Shown here piece by piece: positions 52,096-64,000 of a DNA stretch of 64,000 nt (positions are counted from its first letter, which is position 1; each line of letters starts with the position of its first letter). Both the position numbers and the translations under genes were made by a program. The notes under the pieces were generated by a model that saw only the letters and a program-made list of their open reading frames with translations, made no database searches and was not told where the DNA came from. The stretch covers positions 147,064,001-147,128,000 of the forward strand of contig NC_043000.1 of NCBI RefSeq assembly GCF_006345805.1, read 5' to 3'. This DNA comes from Octopus sinensis (Eukaryota).

Positions 52096-53046
52096 CACAA
52101 CTGTTATATACACTTACGCACACACAGGCGCGCTCACGCACTCACACGCACACAAATAGACACGCACAAATACACACACAAATACATATACACATAACCA
52201 CCATTGTCATCTTTTGATCTTTGCCGTACTGCTCAGGATTGATGCTGTAAATCAAGTTACGTCCAAACATTGACACTACGTCATATGCCAATGTCTCACA
52301 ACTTTGAAAAGCCGCCATTTTTATTTATTCATTCAAATATTTATTTAACCTTTGATTTTTTTTTTGTTTTTTTTGTTTTGTTTTGTTTCGGTTATAGTCT
52401 AAGTACAAATGTAAGTGATGCAAACTTATGCATCTGGATTTGCAATTAGAACTGCAACAGTAATCTGTCCACGACAACTTCTCGTGGAGAGGGAGATATT
52501 TGTGAAACAAATTTGTAGGAAACTGATATTTCATGACCAATCAGAGAACCAGAGATTCTTAATATCTCTAAAATGTTGACAGAAATGTATATTGTTTCCT
52601 TGTGCGCACACACACACACACCACACACACACACATGTATATGCATATATATATACATGAATAATATGTGTGCATGACTGCTTATATTTATATACAAGCA
52701 TATACTTGTATATGTATACATATACACATACAATTATATACGTGCTTGTGTGTGTGCATGTGTGTCCCTCTGTGTGTCTGTGTATACACTCACACACATA
52801 TTTGTACATATATATATATTTATAAATATACATACATATATATATATATGTGTGTGTATAAATAATCGTATAAATATTCGCTTGTATCATAAATACATAT
52901 AGAGGCACACATACACACACACACACACGTTTATATATATATATACATATATACATATACATACATATATGCATATATACATACATATATATATATAAAT
53001 ATATATATATATATGTACATATATATGTACATATATATATATTATA

Positions 53047-53125
<79 letters not shown>

Positions 53126-53180
53126 TGTATCTATATATATATATATTATATATATTAATGCGCACATATATGTGTATGTG
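50270..53180. repeat. Large (TA)/(TG)/(CA) low-complexity region
   Basis: Direct inspection. Confidence 0.85.
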
Positions 53181-53545
53181 TGAATGTTAACGTTATCTTT
53201 TGGATACTCCGCCATTAATGTTCTAGTTTTGTTTAGTCTTGTTCTTGTTTGGAATCATTAAAGTATTTTTCTGTTACAACTTTTAACAGGTTACTATTGA
53301 TTTCTTTATTTTCATCATCTCGCTCTTTCTTTCACTCACACACTCTCTCTCTCTCTCTCTCTCTCTCTACCTCTACCTCTACCTCTTTCTCTTTCTCTCT
53401 TTCTCGCTTTCTATTTCTCTCTCTTTCTCTTTCGTTTTCTCCCACTTTAACCCTCAAATAGATACTCTCGCCCCTCTTTAATTTTCATACTGATTACTGT
53501 TTATTCTTCTCTCTCCCTGTTTAACTCTCATACAATTACCAATGT

Positions 53546-53579
<34 letters not shown>

Positions 53580-53717
53580 ACCCTCTCTCTCCCCATAACT
53601 CTCAAACTGACACCAATTCTATTAATTGTTCTCCATTTTCTTTCTCTTTAACTCTTATTCAGATACCAATACTTTTTCTCCTTCTCTCTCTCTTCTCTCT
53701 CTCCATATTTCTCTCTC

Positions 53718-53754
<37 letters not shown>

Positions 53755-54963
53755 ATTCTCATATTCTCTTATTGTATTTCTTGCCTTTCCTTTTTCAGTA
53801 TTTCGGTATTTTTCGATATAACTTGATCCAAAGGTATGGAAGTGGGGTCGACAACGGAATAAGTTTGGCAGATTTGCTAAATGGTCCAGAGAAAAAAAAA
53901 TATGTGAAGTTAGGTTAATGAAAACGAAGCCAGTGCCTTTGCGAATACCATTGCTTACAAGAATGTTATTTTAATCACCCTAAAAACAGAATGGGAATAA
54001 AAGAAGAATCTTTTATACGTTCTGAATTCTATACACAAAAGAGAGTAATCAATGTGATCGATAGAACTTGTTTTGGGAAAAACCTGCGGTTCGTCCAATT
54101 TCTACAATTTCAGTAGCTGAAAAATCTTCACCACAAAATTAGTATTTCGGGAACTAACATCCGCACAGAATACATGAAAAATAGTTCTGTTTTATTTCCT
54201 GCAAAACTGATCTTTAAAACATCGCCATCTTCTACCTACCTTATGGTTTTAGCGCACGCTAATAATTACTATCAGAGCATTATGCTCTATATACTTAGAC
54301 GTAAGCTTTTGACATACTCTTTCGCAGAGTTGTTTATGATTCTTATACAAAAGATAAAAGGTAAAAGATATTGATTTGTGGTCTTCAAATAAAATTCTAG
54401 ACCCGTAGGTTTCTGAGGCACTAAGGAAAATGTTTGTCTTCTTGATGCTGTTAATTTTTAACCCTAGATCTGACCTGATGAAAGGAATTCTAGCCGTGAG
54501 TACCCTGCCTTTTTAAAAATATGAAGCACTGTTATTATTCAAGGTGTATCTTCCTTATCTAAGATTGTATGATGTGGTTTAAGGATGGCTTGTCAAGTGT
54601 TTCTAACAAGCCGTACTAGCAGAAGAAATATAAAAGAATGTCTTTTCATTCTGGCGCAAAACTGGGAATTATACGCATAAAAGGCAAAGTTTATCTCGGT
54701 AGAATTTGGAATCAGAATGTTAAATGCCTGAACAAATACCGCAAAGCAGTTTTCTCATGTTTTCACAACTCTACCAGCTCGTAGCCTTAATAACAATAAT
54801 AATAAGGGTTAGCAAGGATTGTCAGGAGGGTTCTAAGCACTTGAAAGAGTGCTGAAAACTTGTAGATAACTAATGTTACAGGTAGTAACCCGATATCCAC
54901 ATAATTCCTACCAGGAATAAGACCGGACCTGAGCGAAACCAAAACAACAACAACAACAACAAC

Positions 54964-55045
<82 letters not shown>

Positions 55046-55060
55046 GTAATAGTAATAGTA

Positions 55061-55093
<33 letters not shown>

Positions 55094-55097
55094 ATAA

Positions 55098-55520
55098 TAA
55101 TGGTTTCAAATTTTGCCACAAGAGAAGAAATTTTGAGTAGGGGATGAATCGACTACATCGACCTCAGTGTTAAACTGATAGGTATTTTATCGATCCTGAA
55201 AGGCAAAGTCAACCTCGACAGAATTTGAATTCAAGACGAAATGCCGCTAACAATTTCCTCGGTGCACTACTGATTCTGCCAGCTCAAATGGTTTATAATG
55301 ATAATAATGATTTCGAATATTGGCACAAGGCCAGCAATCTCGGGGAAGGACCAAGTCGGTTAGATCGACCCCAATGCTTCACTGGTACTTAATTTATCAA
55401 CCCCGAAAGGATGAAAGGCAAAATCTGCCTACGGCGGAATTTGAACTCATAACGAAAAGACGGGCGAAATACTGCTAGGCATTTTGGTCGGCTTGCTAAC
55501 GACTCTGCCAGCTCACCCTC
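55098..55520 (-). mobile_element. Two degenerate SINE family B copies between (TAA)n tracts
   Basis: gaaaggcaaagtcaacctcgacagaatttgaa and gaaaggatgaaaggcaaaatctgcctacggcggaatttgaactc. Confidence 0.7.
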
Positions 55521-55522
55521 TA

Positions 55523-55561
<39 letters not shown>

Positions 55562-55608
55562 TAATAATAATAATAATAATGATAATAATATAATAATAAT
55601 AATAATAG

Positions 55609-56253
55609 TGGTGACGGAGAAGAAACAATAAAGCATATTGTCACTGGCTGCCCAGCCCTGTTTAAGAAGGAATATATTCACAGACATGATAGAGCTGTGA
55701 CCTATATACACTGGAAACTGTGCCAACACTATGGAATAACAACAGAAAAAGATAGCATAGGCACACGCTAGAAAAGGTCACAGAAAATGAGAAAGCAACC
55801 ATAATCTGGGATATGCCAATACACACAGATAGAGAAATCAAGACTAATAGGCCGGATATAATTGTCGGAGATCAACAAGAAAAAAATCCTTTCTAATCGA
55901 CACATCAATACCAGCAGATAACAACGTTTCTCCAAAAGAAAAGGAAAAACTTTGAAAATACTGAGATCTGGAAATAGAGGTAACTCCAATGTGGAGCCTA
56001 AAAACAGAAATAATTCCTCTTATTGTAGGTGCATTAGGTATGATAAAAAAGACATTCAGATGAATACATAACAAAAACACCAGGACTTACAAGTACATAT
56101 AACATATGTAGTACTAGGCACCGCACACATCCTTCGTAAAACAATTTCAATACAGTGAAAATAAGAGATCCATAAAGAAACCACAGCACACAGCCAAAGC
56201 ATGCCGAGCTGCACTCGGTAGGGCAGCGAAAGCACGTGATAAAAGTAAGACAA

Positions 56254-56256
<3 letters not shown>
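55609..56256 (+). pseudogene. R4/Dong 3' end (CCHC finger, REL endonuclease, 3' UTR) bounded by (TAA)n on both sides
   Basis: EETIKHIVTGCPAL..KEYIHRHD...HWKLC, WDMPIHTDREI..NRPDII, LID.SIP.D, IVGALG. Confidence 0.88.
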
Positions 56257-56321
<65 letters not shown>

Positions 56322-56411
56322 TGAGAAGAAGAAGAAGAAGAAGAAGAAGAAAAAGAAAAAGAAAAAGAAGAAGAAGAAGAAAAGAAGAAGAAGAAGAAGA
56401 AGAAGAAGAAG

Positions 56412-56444
<33 letters not shown>

Positions 56445-56461
56445 AATAATAATGATAATAA

Positions 56462-56598
56462 TAATAGAAAAAGCACTGCTTGGAACCGCTCGAATACACC
56501 GGATGGTACTCGAAAATAAGGGGTGTTACCTTAGTTCACTGATAGTGAACAGCTGGTACCGTAGTACATCTCCAGCGTTAGAAGCTGTGCAAAGACAA
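56462..56598 (+). mobile_element. Short 3' end of another R4/Dong subfamily in (TAA)n
   Basis: KALLGTARIHRMVLE* then a 3' UTR and (AAT)n. Confidence 0.7.
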
Positions 56599-56600
56599 TA

Positions 56601-56658
<58 letters not shown>

Positions 56659-56789
56659 TAATAATAATAAGAAGAAGAAGAAGAGAAGAAGAAGAAGAAG
56701 AAGAAGAAGAAGAAGAAGAAGAAGAAGAAGAAGAGAAGAAGAAGAAGAAGAAGAAGAAGTAGAATGATAATAATAATAATAATGATGAT

Positions 56790-57469
56790 GATAGTCCATG
56801 TATATGGATGATCTAAAACTGTACACTACAAACGATAAACAGCTGGAAATATTACTACTGACAGTGCATGGATCTACCAAAGAAATAAACATGAAATTTG
56901 GCTTAGAAAACTGTGCCAAAGCAACCTTTAAAAGAGAAAAACTAGTTAAGAGTAGCAACATTATACTAGATTAAGTAAATGAAATGAGAGAATTAGACCA
57001 AAGCCTGACTCAAATACTTAGGAATCAATGAATTAGATACGATATAACACACAAGTGAAAGAAATTCTACAGACGGGTTAGATTAATACTGAAAACAGAG
57101 CTCAATGCGAAAAACAAGATAATAGCTATCAACACTCCAGTTATCGGTTACAGATATAATATTCTTAACTGGACTCCAAATGAACTAATCAAAACAGACA
57201 AGAAAACAAGAAAAATAATGACAGAATTTAGGATGCAGCACCCAGAATCTGCCATAGAAAGATTATATATGTAACGTATCGAAGGTGGTAGAGGCCTTAT
57301 ACAAATAGCCACAAAACACGAACAAAACAAAAAACTGTTTTCAACCCTTAAGGAAGCCGACAAATAAAAAAAAAGAAGTCAACTATGAAGAAAAGGAAGT
57401 AACAACAAAAGGCACACAGAGCTGCGTTCGGTAATGCAGTTAAAGCACGTGATAAAAATAAGACTACTG
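56790..57469 (+). pseudogene. R4/Dong RT fragment joined to the 3' UTR, bounded by microsatellite
   Basis: YMDDLKLY...MKFGLENCAK, KYLG, RLILKTELNAKNKI.AIN, ERLYM.R.EGGRGL. Confidence 0.85.
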
Positions 57470-57473
57470 AATG

Positions 57474-57540
<67 letters not shown>

Positions 57541-57541
<1 letters not shown>

Positions 57542-58074
57542 GCCCTGAGGCAGTGGCTCTCATGGCTTCTGATCTTAACTGATTAGAAGTATTATCATGT
57601 ACATTGTTTTGTCTTGGTATAAAAGATGGGCTACAGCAAATATTGTGCTCAATACCACAGATTTGCTTGTCAGTAGTTTGACCGTAACCAGTTGAGCATG
57701 TCCCTTAGTGGCTGACGATACGTGCATCTCTGATCACGAGCAGAAGTAGTGGGAGAGCATCATAGCCATGTGTTGAGAGGAATTCTTTGGGTTTGGATAA
57801 TTCACCTTCAGATACATGGGTGTTTCGTTCAACATCCTTAAACAATCATTATTCAGGGATCTTCTGAGCGGGATGGGCTACTCGACCTGAAGAAAATTCT
57901 AACTAGACCCCACCTACAATGTCATGCGCTGTTTATCTTGACATGAGATCACCATGTCGCGCACATATGGTTGTGCCTGGTGTACCCTTATCAGACGGGT
58001 AGTCATGATGGGTATACTGGGCTTTGTATATTTTACCCCAGTGACACTTTGATGACATGCACTGCTCTCTCACT
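57541..58074 (+). mobile_element. Family T element, full length, between (TAA)n and (TGA)n
   Basis: Homologous to 15941-16414, 33358-33535 and 58143-58478. Confidence 0.75.
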
Positions 58075-58088
58075 TAATAATGATGATT

Positions 58089-58123
<35 letters not shown>

Positions 58124-58142
58124 CGTGGTGGTGGTGGTGGTG

Positions 58143-58478
58143 GTGCAGTACCAGGCAGTGTCACTCATGGCTTCTTATCTCAACTGATTGGAAGTATTAT
58201 CATGTACGTTGTTTTGTATTGGTATAAAAGATGGGCTACAGCAAAGATTCTGCTCAATACCACAGATTTGCTTGTCAGTAGTTTGACCTTAATCAGTTGA
58301 GCACGTCCCTTGGTGACTGACGATATGTGCATCGTTGATCACAAGCAGAAGTTGTTAAGAGGAATTATTTGTGGTTTAGATAATTCACCTTTGGAAACAT
58401 GGGTGTTTCGTTCAACATCCTCAAACCCTTTATTCGTGGACCTTTTGAGCGTGGTGAGCATGCATTTCTCTCTCACTC
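58143..58478 (+). mobile_element. Family T element, internally deleted
   Basis: Same 5' (gcagtaccaggcagtg) and 3' (ctctctcactc) ends as the full copy; followed by (GAA)n. Confidence 0.7.
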
Positions 58479-58607
58479 AAGAAGAAGAAGGGAAGAAGAA
58501 GAAGAAGAAGAAGAAGAAGAAGAAGAAGAAGAAGAAGAAGAAGAAGAAGAAGAAGAAGAAGAAGAAGAACAACAACAACAACACAACAACAACAACAACA
58601 ACAACCC

Positions 58608-59072
58608 TTTCTACTATAAGCACAAGGTCAAAAATTTTGGGTAGAGGGAGCTAGTCGATTACATCGACCCCAGTACTCAACTGGTACTTATTTTATCGAC
58701 CCCCAAAAATAAAGGGCAAAGTCGGCTTTGGCGGAATTTGAACTCGGAACGTAAAGATGTCCGAAATACCTATCAATGCATACAGCAAGTTTCTTCGCCC
58801 TATGTGTCAGGAAGACACTCGGCAAAAGAAGGAAACAAAATAGAAAGAAGAAGAAAATCTAATAATAATAATAATTCTTTCTACTAACAAGCACAAAGCC
58901 TAAATTTTTGGTCGTGGAGAGAGGGATAGTTGATTGCATCGATCCCAGTGCTGAAAAGGTACTTAAGCCGTCGACCCTGACAGGATAAAAGGCAAAGCCG
59001 ACCTTGGTGGAATTTGAACTCAAAAGGTAGACGGGCGAAATACCGCGAAAGATTTTGTTCGGTGCGCTAACA
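58608..59072 (-). mobile_element. Two degenerate SINE family B copies
   Basis: ggcaaagtcggctttggcggaatttgaactc and ggcaaagccgaccttggtggaatttgaactc. Confidence 0.7.
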
Positions 59073-59093
59073 ATAACAACAATAATGATGTTG

Positions 59094-59153
<60 letters not shown>

Positions 59154-60489
59154 CTTATTTTCCATATTTAATGACTCTTATATGAGGACAGTCATTATAG
59201 TGGAGTGTCTGCAAAACATGTTTTGGTTCTTGCTCATTATATGGCTATAATGACTGTTCGTAAGGACAATAGAGATGTTTTCTTTAAGGAATGGTAGATG
59301 GAATGTTGTGACAGGTATATCTTTTTGAATGATGCCATTGATCTCAGTAAAGAAAAAATGCTCTTCGTTTGAGAATCGAAACCGGAACACCGTTTTAGTT
59401 CTGGAGTAACTTACCTCTTATCTCTTCCTGTGCTCGCTTTCTCCTGAAATTATTTGATGATTTAGAGTCTCATAGATTACTTCGTCTTCATATCCTGTGA
59501 TGTTAGAATTTTTCAAATATGAATAACTGGTTTGCAATATAACGCAATAGATCAAAGAAAACGAATAAAAGTAACTAGATTAAAATATTCCCGGATTTCC
59601 ACTGAAGTAGAATGAATGTCATGCCAAATAGAACTATAAAATTCCATTCATCCTAACTAATGTATGAATGGTATGCTAAGAATTTAGAATCAGGATAGAA
59701 ATTCAATGAAATTTTGGTGTTTGCCTTATAATCAGTGTATACAATTGATGACCACTGATCTTGTTGGGAGACGTTCATGAGTGCAGGACACTTCCGAGGA
59801 ACTGGCAGTGGAGCTTACTAATTCGTTCTTTGATGAAGATCGACAAGAACAACAACAATCAGACTACTAAAACTTATATGAAGCAAAATTCTCTCACATT
59901 AGCTTGAGAGCTGCTCTGTCGCCCGTAGCTAAGATATTTAACTCGCAGTGAGGCACCAAAGAAGCGATTAGAAAGCTTGCAGACGACTTTCAACCATTTA
60001 TGTCCAAATATTTTTGTCACAGAATGCATTTTAATGTGACGTCATATGACGCACTTCTCATCATTATTATTATTATTATTATCATTATTATTTGTTTGTG
60101 TGTTTATGTACATTGTTGTTGCTTTGTTTTATACGCGCTGTTCCAAGTCTCACCCAAAGAACTCAAATAACAGCAAATTGGACGTTTTACTACGGGTGTC
60201 ATTTATGGCTAGCAGTGATACATTGTAGGGGAAGGAAACCAGAATCTAAGAACTAAAATTTTGTTCAAATTTGGAATACTTCAGTTTTGAAAGAGTTTTT
60301 TTTTTAAATTGAGTATTTTCCAGCTGACTGCGTTTTTCTTAGGATGTGCGCATGAGAGCAATTTTTTTGTAATTCTGATACTGTTGGGCATCCTGACATT
60401 CGGTCATAGAGTTTAAGAGCACCATTTGACATTGCCCACAAAGTTCCCAGTGATTACAGATACAGTTTTTGTCCTTAGAAGCTAGTTTT

Positions 60490-61935
60490 GAGACCTCTAT
60501 TTCAAGTACCTTATATTTACTAGTATTCAAATGTTTTCTTCAGAAGTGTTGCAGTCTGCTGGGATTGACATATCTATGAGCAAACCTGTTTTGTGAGCAT
60601 GACTTTTTACTATAATATCTGCTGTATTCCTGCACTACTCCCAGTGCACTCGCACTGCCATTTTGTCATAGAGTCTTTGTATTCCTTTTGGACCAGTTTG
60701 AGCGTTCACTAATTATATTTCTGTCTCAGAGGATATTTCACAGAGTCTACACAAAGGTGATACTGTTGTCTTATCAATTCTACACTTGACTTAGTTTGCT
60801 CGTAAAGATTTTTCTTGAACAGCAAGAATCAGTCCTTCTGCCCACTTCTTTAAAAAGCCATATCTGAACCATCTTCGGGATTCTTTATCAATTTTATCCG
60901 ATGTTTGTTGGAAAAACTCTCCGTGTAGGACTTCCTTCCAGCTGATGATCTTTCCTCTATTAGGCCTCATACTGTACTCATGGAGAGTCTCACCTTTGTC
61001 ACTGATCACCTTTTCACTCAGTGCATCCTGAAACATTCTTTCATCAGTATTCCTCAGAGAGACATGCAAGGACTTGATCTCCTTCACAGCACTATCCTCT
61101 ATTCCAACCGGTCCTCTTCCGCCTTCCTTCCTAGGTAAGTAAAGCCTTGCTATGTTACTTCCAGTAAGAAAGAAGCTATACATAGCAATCACCTTCCTTC
61201 TATACATGTTGACTAGTTCTTCCGTTGTCAAATTTCACAACTTCTGCGCAGTAACGTATCACATGCAGCCTACGGAGTGATGCCTCTAAGCAGGTTCCTT
61301 CCATTCAGCTTAGATTTACACAGCTTTTGAACTCTTCTGGTATATTCAGATGAAACTTGCTCCATCTTGGTGGTCATCGTCTGGACTAATAGTAAAACAC
61401 CAAGAAACGTGTAACCTTCTCCGTTCACTTCTCTTATCTGCTCGTCATCTAGAAGTTGTACTCCACTGCTGTCTACTTTTCGCCCTCTCTTCTGTTCAAT
61501 AACAGCTCATTTCTCTATGCCAAATGCCATTTGGATGTCTTGCTCCGAAAAGCTTCATAAACAGCGGGTGATTGATTGGTCTTATGTTTTTCCACAGTTT
61601 GTACTCAGCTCCCATTTTTCTCAGAACAATAGAGAATGATAACATGCAAACAAGAAGCAGTGAGAGAGACACAGAATCACCTTGAAAGATTCCCCTCCTG
61701 ATGTTGACTTATCCAATTTCCTTTCCATGGACAGTCAGAACTGTCTTCCAGTTTCACAAACTGTTTTTGGATAATTAAATCATATTTCTAGCGGTCCCGA
61801 GTATCTCCAGATATTTCAGAATCCACGAATGAAGAACTATATCATATGCCTTATTATAGTCAATCTAAGCCATTAATAAGCTTCGTCAACCTTCTTCGGC
61901 AAATCCATTCCTGCAGCCTTTCTGTTCATCCGTTT
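60490..61935 (-). pseudogene. Long decayed R4/Dong RT-to-zinc-finger fragment
   Basis: Minus strand IDYNKAYD, FQGDSVSL, FGIEK, YTFLG, IARLYLPRKEGGRG..IED, WKE.LHGEF, GFLKK..EGLILAVQE.SL, CRLC. Confidence 0.85.
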
Positions 61936-62042
61936 GCGGTTCATTTCTTTCAAGATGGTTGAATAACAATTTATTTCCCTCTATCCCGGCTAGAAGCTTT
62001 CACATCATATATAGTGCTAGCAAGAGCAACAGCAGCAGCAGC

Positions 62043-62102
<60 letters not shown>

Positions 62103-62117
62103 GGTGGTGGTGGTGGT

Positions 62118-62150
<33 letters not shown>

Positions 62151-62181
62151 GTTGCAGCAGCAGCAATAGCAGTGGTAGCAT

Positions 62182-62218
<37 letters not shown>

Positions 62219-62228
62219 CGAGGTCGTC

Positions 62229-62259
<31 letters not shown>

Positions 62260-62288
62260 CGGTGGTGGTGGTGGTGGTGGTGGTGGTG

Positions 62289-62330
<42 letters not shown>

Positions 62331-62357
62331 TAGTAGTAGTAGTGGTGGTGGTGGTGG

Positions 62358-62560
62358 TAGAATAATTAGCGCGTCGGATAAAATACTTGGCAGCATTTCT
62401 TCCGGCTCATTACGCCGAGCTGATCCCCAGTGTCGACGACTATGTCTTTCATCTTTTTGGGGGTCGATAAAATAAAACACCAGTTAAATACTAGCGTCGA
62501 CGTAATCGACTTACACCCTCCCCTCAAAACGACTAGACTTGTGCCAAAATTAAGAAGAAT
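62358..62560 (+). mobile_element. Degenerate SINE family B
   Basis: ctttcatctttttggggtcgataaaataaaacaccag...cgtaatcgact. Confidence 0.6.
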
Positions 62561-62929
62561 TATTATTTATATTTTTAACTTCTGACTTCCTCCATCTTAG
62601 AGAAAAGTGTAAAATTTTATGATTCATATAAATTTTTTCCTCTGTAATTTATGTCAACGTATTAAAACATGTCACTTATCAAAGATTAATGATATCGATT
62701 TCTTTTAAATCGAAGCAAAAGAAGAGTTGTAGCAGAATGCTAAAGTTGATTTAGTTGTTTGTGTTTTCTTACTGGTAGTTTCTAAGGAATAGTAGGGTGA
62801 AAACACAGTCAAGTACCTCCCCACAAAAGTGCTGGCCTTGTGCCTAAGTCAGAATTCGTTGTTGTTGGTGTTGTTGCTATTATTGTTCATTATTATGATC
62901 ATTATTATTTCCTATACACACAACAGATT

Positions 62930-63715
62930 AGACTGTTGGAAAAGAAAAAATCCTAACATCGGGCTGTAACAAGTAACCTTAGATGCCAAGAACCCTCTTA
63001 AGTATCCTAGTTACCCCTAATAACACTGTTTTCTGGAGCTGTACTAAACTGGCTTTTATACCTATTTCCTCTATCCATTTGTTTAAATCTTTAGGGACAT
63101 AACAACTGGGATACATTTTACCTGCACTTTCCATAGCCTCTGTAATTCAAAGGCTAGATCCTGGTACCTTGCTATTTTTTCTATAACTTTCATATTGAAT
63201 TTTTCATTATTTAGGACTATAAAGTCAATTATCTGGCACTTTCTATTCTCTTTATCTACTACTACAAAATCAAGCCTTCTAGCTTCTATTATTCTGTCAG
63301 TCTGAATGTTTTTATCCAATTCGTCCTTAATGTTTGATCCTGTGCAGCTACTAACAAACTCGCTGTCTCCTTTTCAGCTTTCCTTTCTGTAACCATAACC
63401 GTGTCTCACTACTGCTATTTCTGCAACTATCTTTGGGAATCTACCATGCAACGCCTTCTCCTGCCAGTCAGATAATTTCTGTTCTTTTCTCGGATTTTTA
63501 ACTTCGTTTGGGTTTTTGGTTTCCCTACGTCTTGCTGTGAATCTAGCAGCTTTTAATAAACTTTCTTCACTATTACCTACGTAGGAGTCTAAATCTACTC
63601 TAGCTAAATCCACGCAGTCTTCTACTGATATTAACCCTCTTCCGCCTTCCTTTCTATGTAAGTATAATCTTGCTACTCCTCTCCTTGGGTGAAGTCCTCT
63701 ATTCATATTGGATTC
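62930..63715 (-). pseudogene. R4/Dong fragment (thumb region and REL endonuclease) with internal deletion
   Basis: GLHPRRGVARLYLHRKEGGRGLISVEDCV, ALHG.F, IQTDRIIEARRLDFVVVDK...IIDF, KIARYQDLA.ELQRLW. Confidence 0.85.
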
Positions 63716-63807
63716 CTTCCTAGTTTTGCTAGTTCAATTTTTGTGCTTTCTATTAGTATTATGATCATTATTATTATGGTTATTATTATATTATTATTAT
63801 TATTATT

Positions 63808-63945
63808 CAGTAGTTTTATTTTTATAGCGTGCTTTCACTTCACTACCGAGCGCAGCTCTGTGTGCCTTGGGTATGTGCTGTGATTTGTTGTGATGCTCTG
63901 ATGGTTATTGTATGGAAAGTGTTCTGCGTAGATGTGTGCAGTGCC
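63808..63945 (-). mobile_element. R4/Dong extreme 3' end in (TAA)n
   Basis: Minus strand gcactgcacacatctacgcagaacactttcc (GTAHI.R..LS) plus the 3' UTR shared with 56170-56256 and 57405-57469. Confidence 0.8.

Positions 63946-64000
<55 letters not shown>

Noticed and set aside
57541-57790. HDV-like ribozyme at the 5' end of family T
   Set aside because: Attempted fold lacks the G1-U wobble, the P1.1 GG and a C-RA junction.

Overview
AT-rich eukaryotic genomic DNA, inferred to be cephalopod (Octopus-like) from its tRNA-headed SINE families and extreme microsatellite density. No host protein-coding gene can be supported. Most ORF-track entries are translations of (TA)n, (CA)n, (TAA)n or (CAT)n tracts, or of retroelement debris. 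The window is a transposon graveyard: about 30 SINEs of four families, many R4/Dong-type REL-endonuclease LINE fragments sitting in microsatellites, one young 5'-truncated CR1-clade LINE (40129-42418) nested in a Dong-type copy, an RTE 3' end, mariner, hAT and Helitron-like remnants, and one 100-N gap. The main discovery is a set of at least four unrelated non-coding repeat families that each carry a minimal type I hammerhead-ribozyme motif: a 353-bp unit at 65-923, a ~362-bp decayed unit at 9690-11320, a hairpin at 11851-12080, and a ~544-bp tandem array with a 14-bp target-site duplication at 18620-20249. Two further decayed motifs lie at 24707 and 46485. The cores differ (canonical CUGAUGA, a compensatory U3-A8 variant, U4C variants), and the intact motifs have a tiny self-complementary stem III. 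Three families (four insertions) share one geometry: two sense copies diverging from a central junction, next to (TA)n tracts. This matches Penelope-like element/retrozyme biology. Ribozyme activity, circular RNA production and novelty in this taxon are inferences that need testing.
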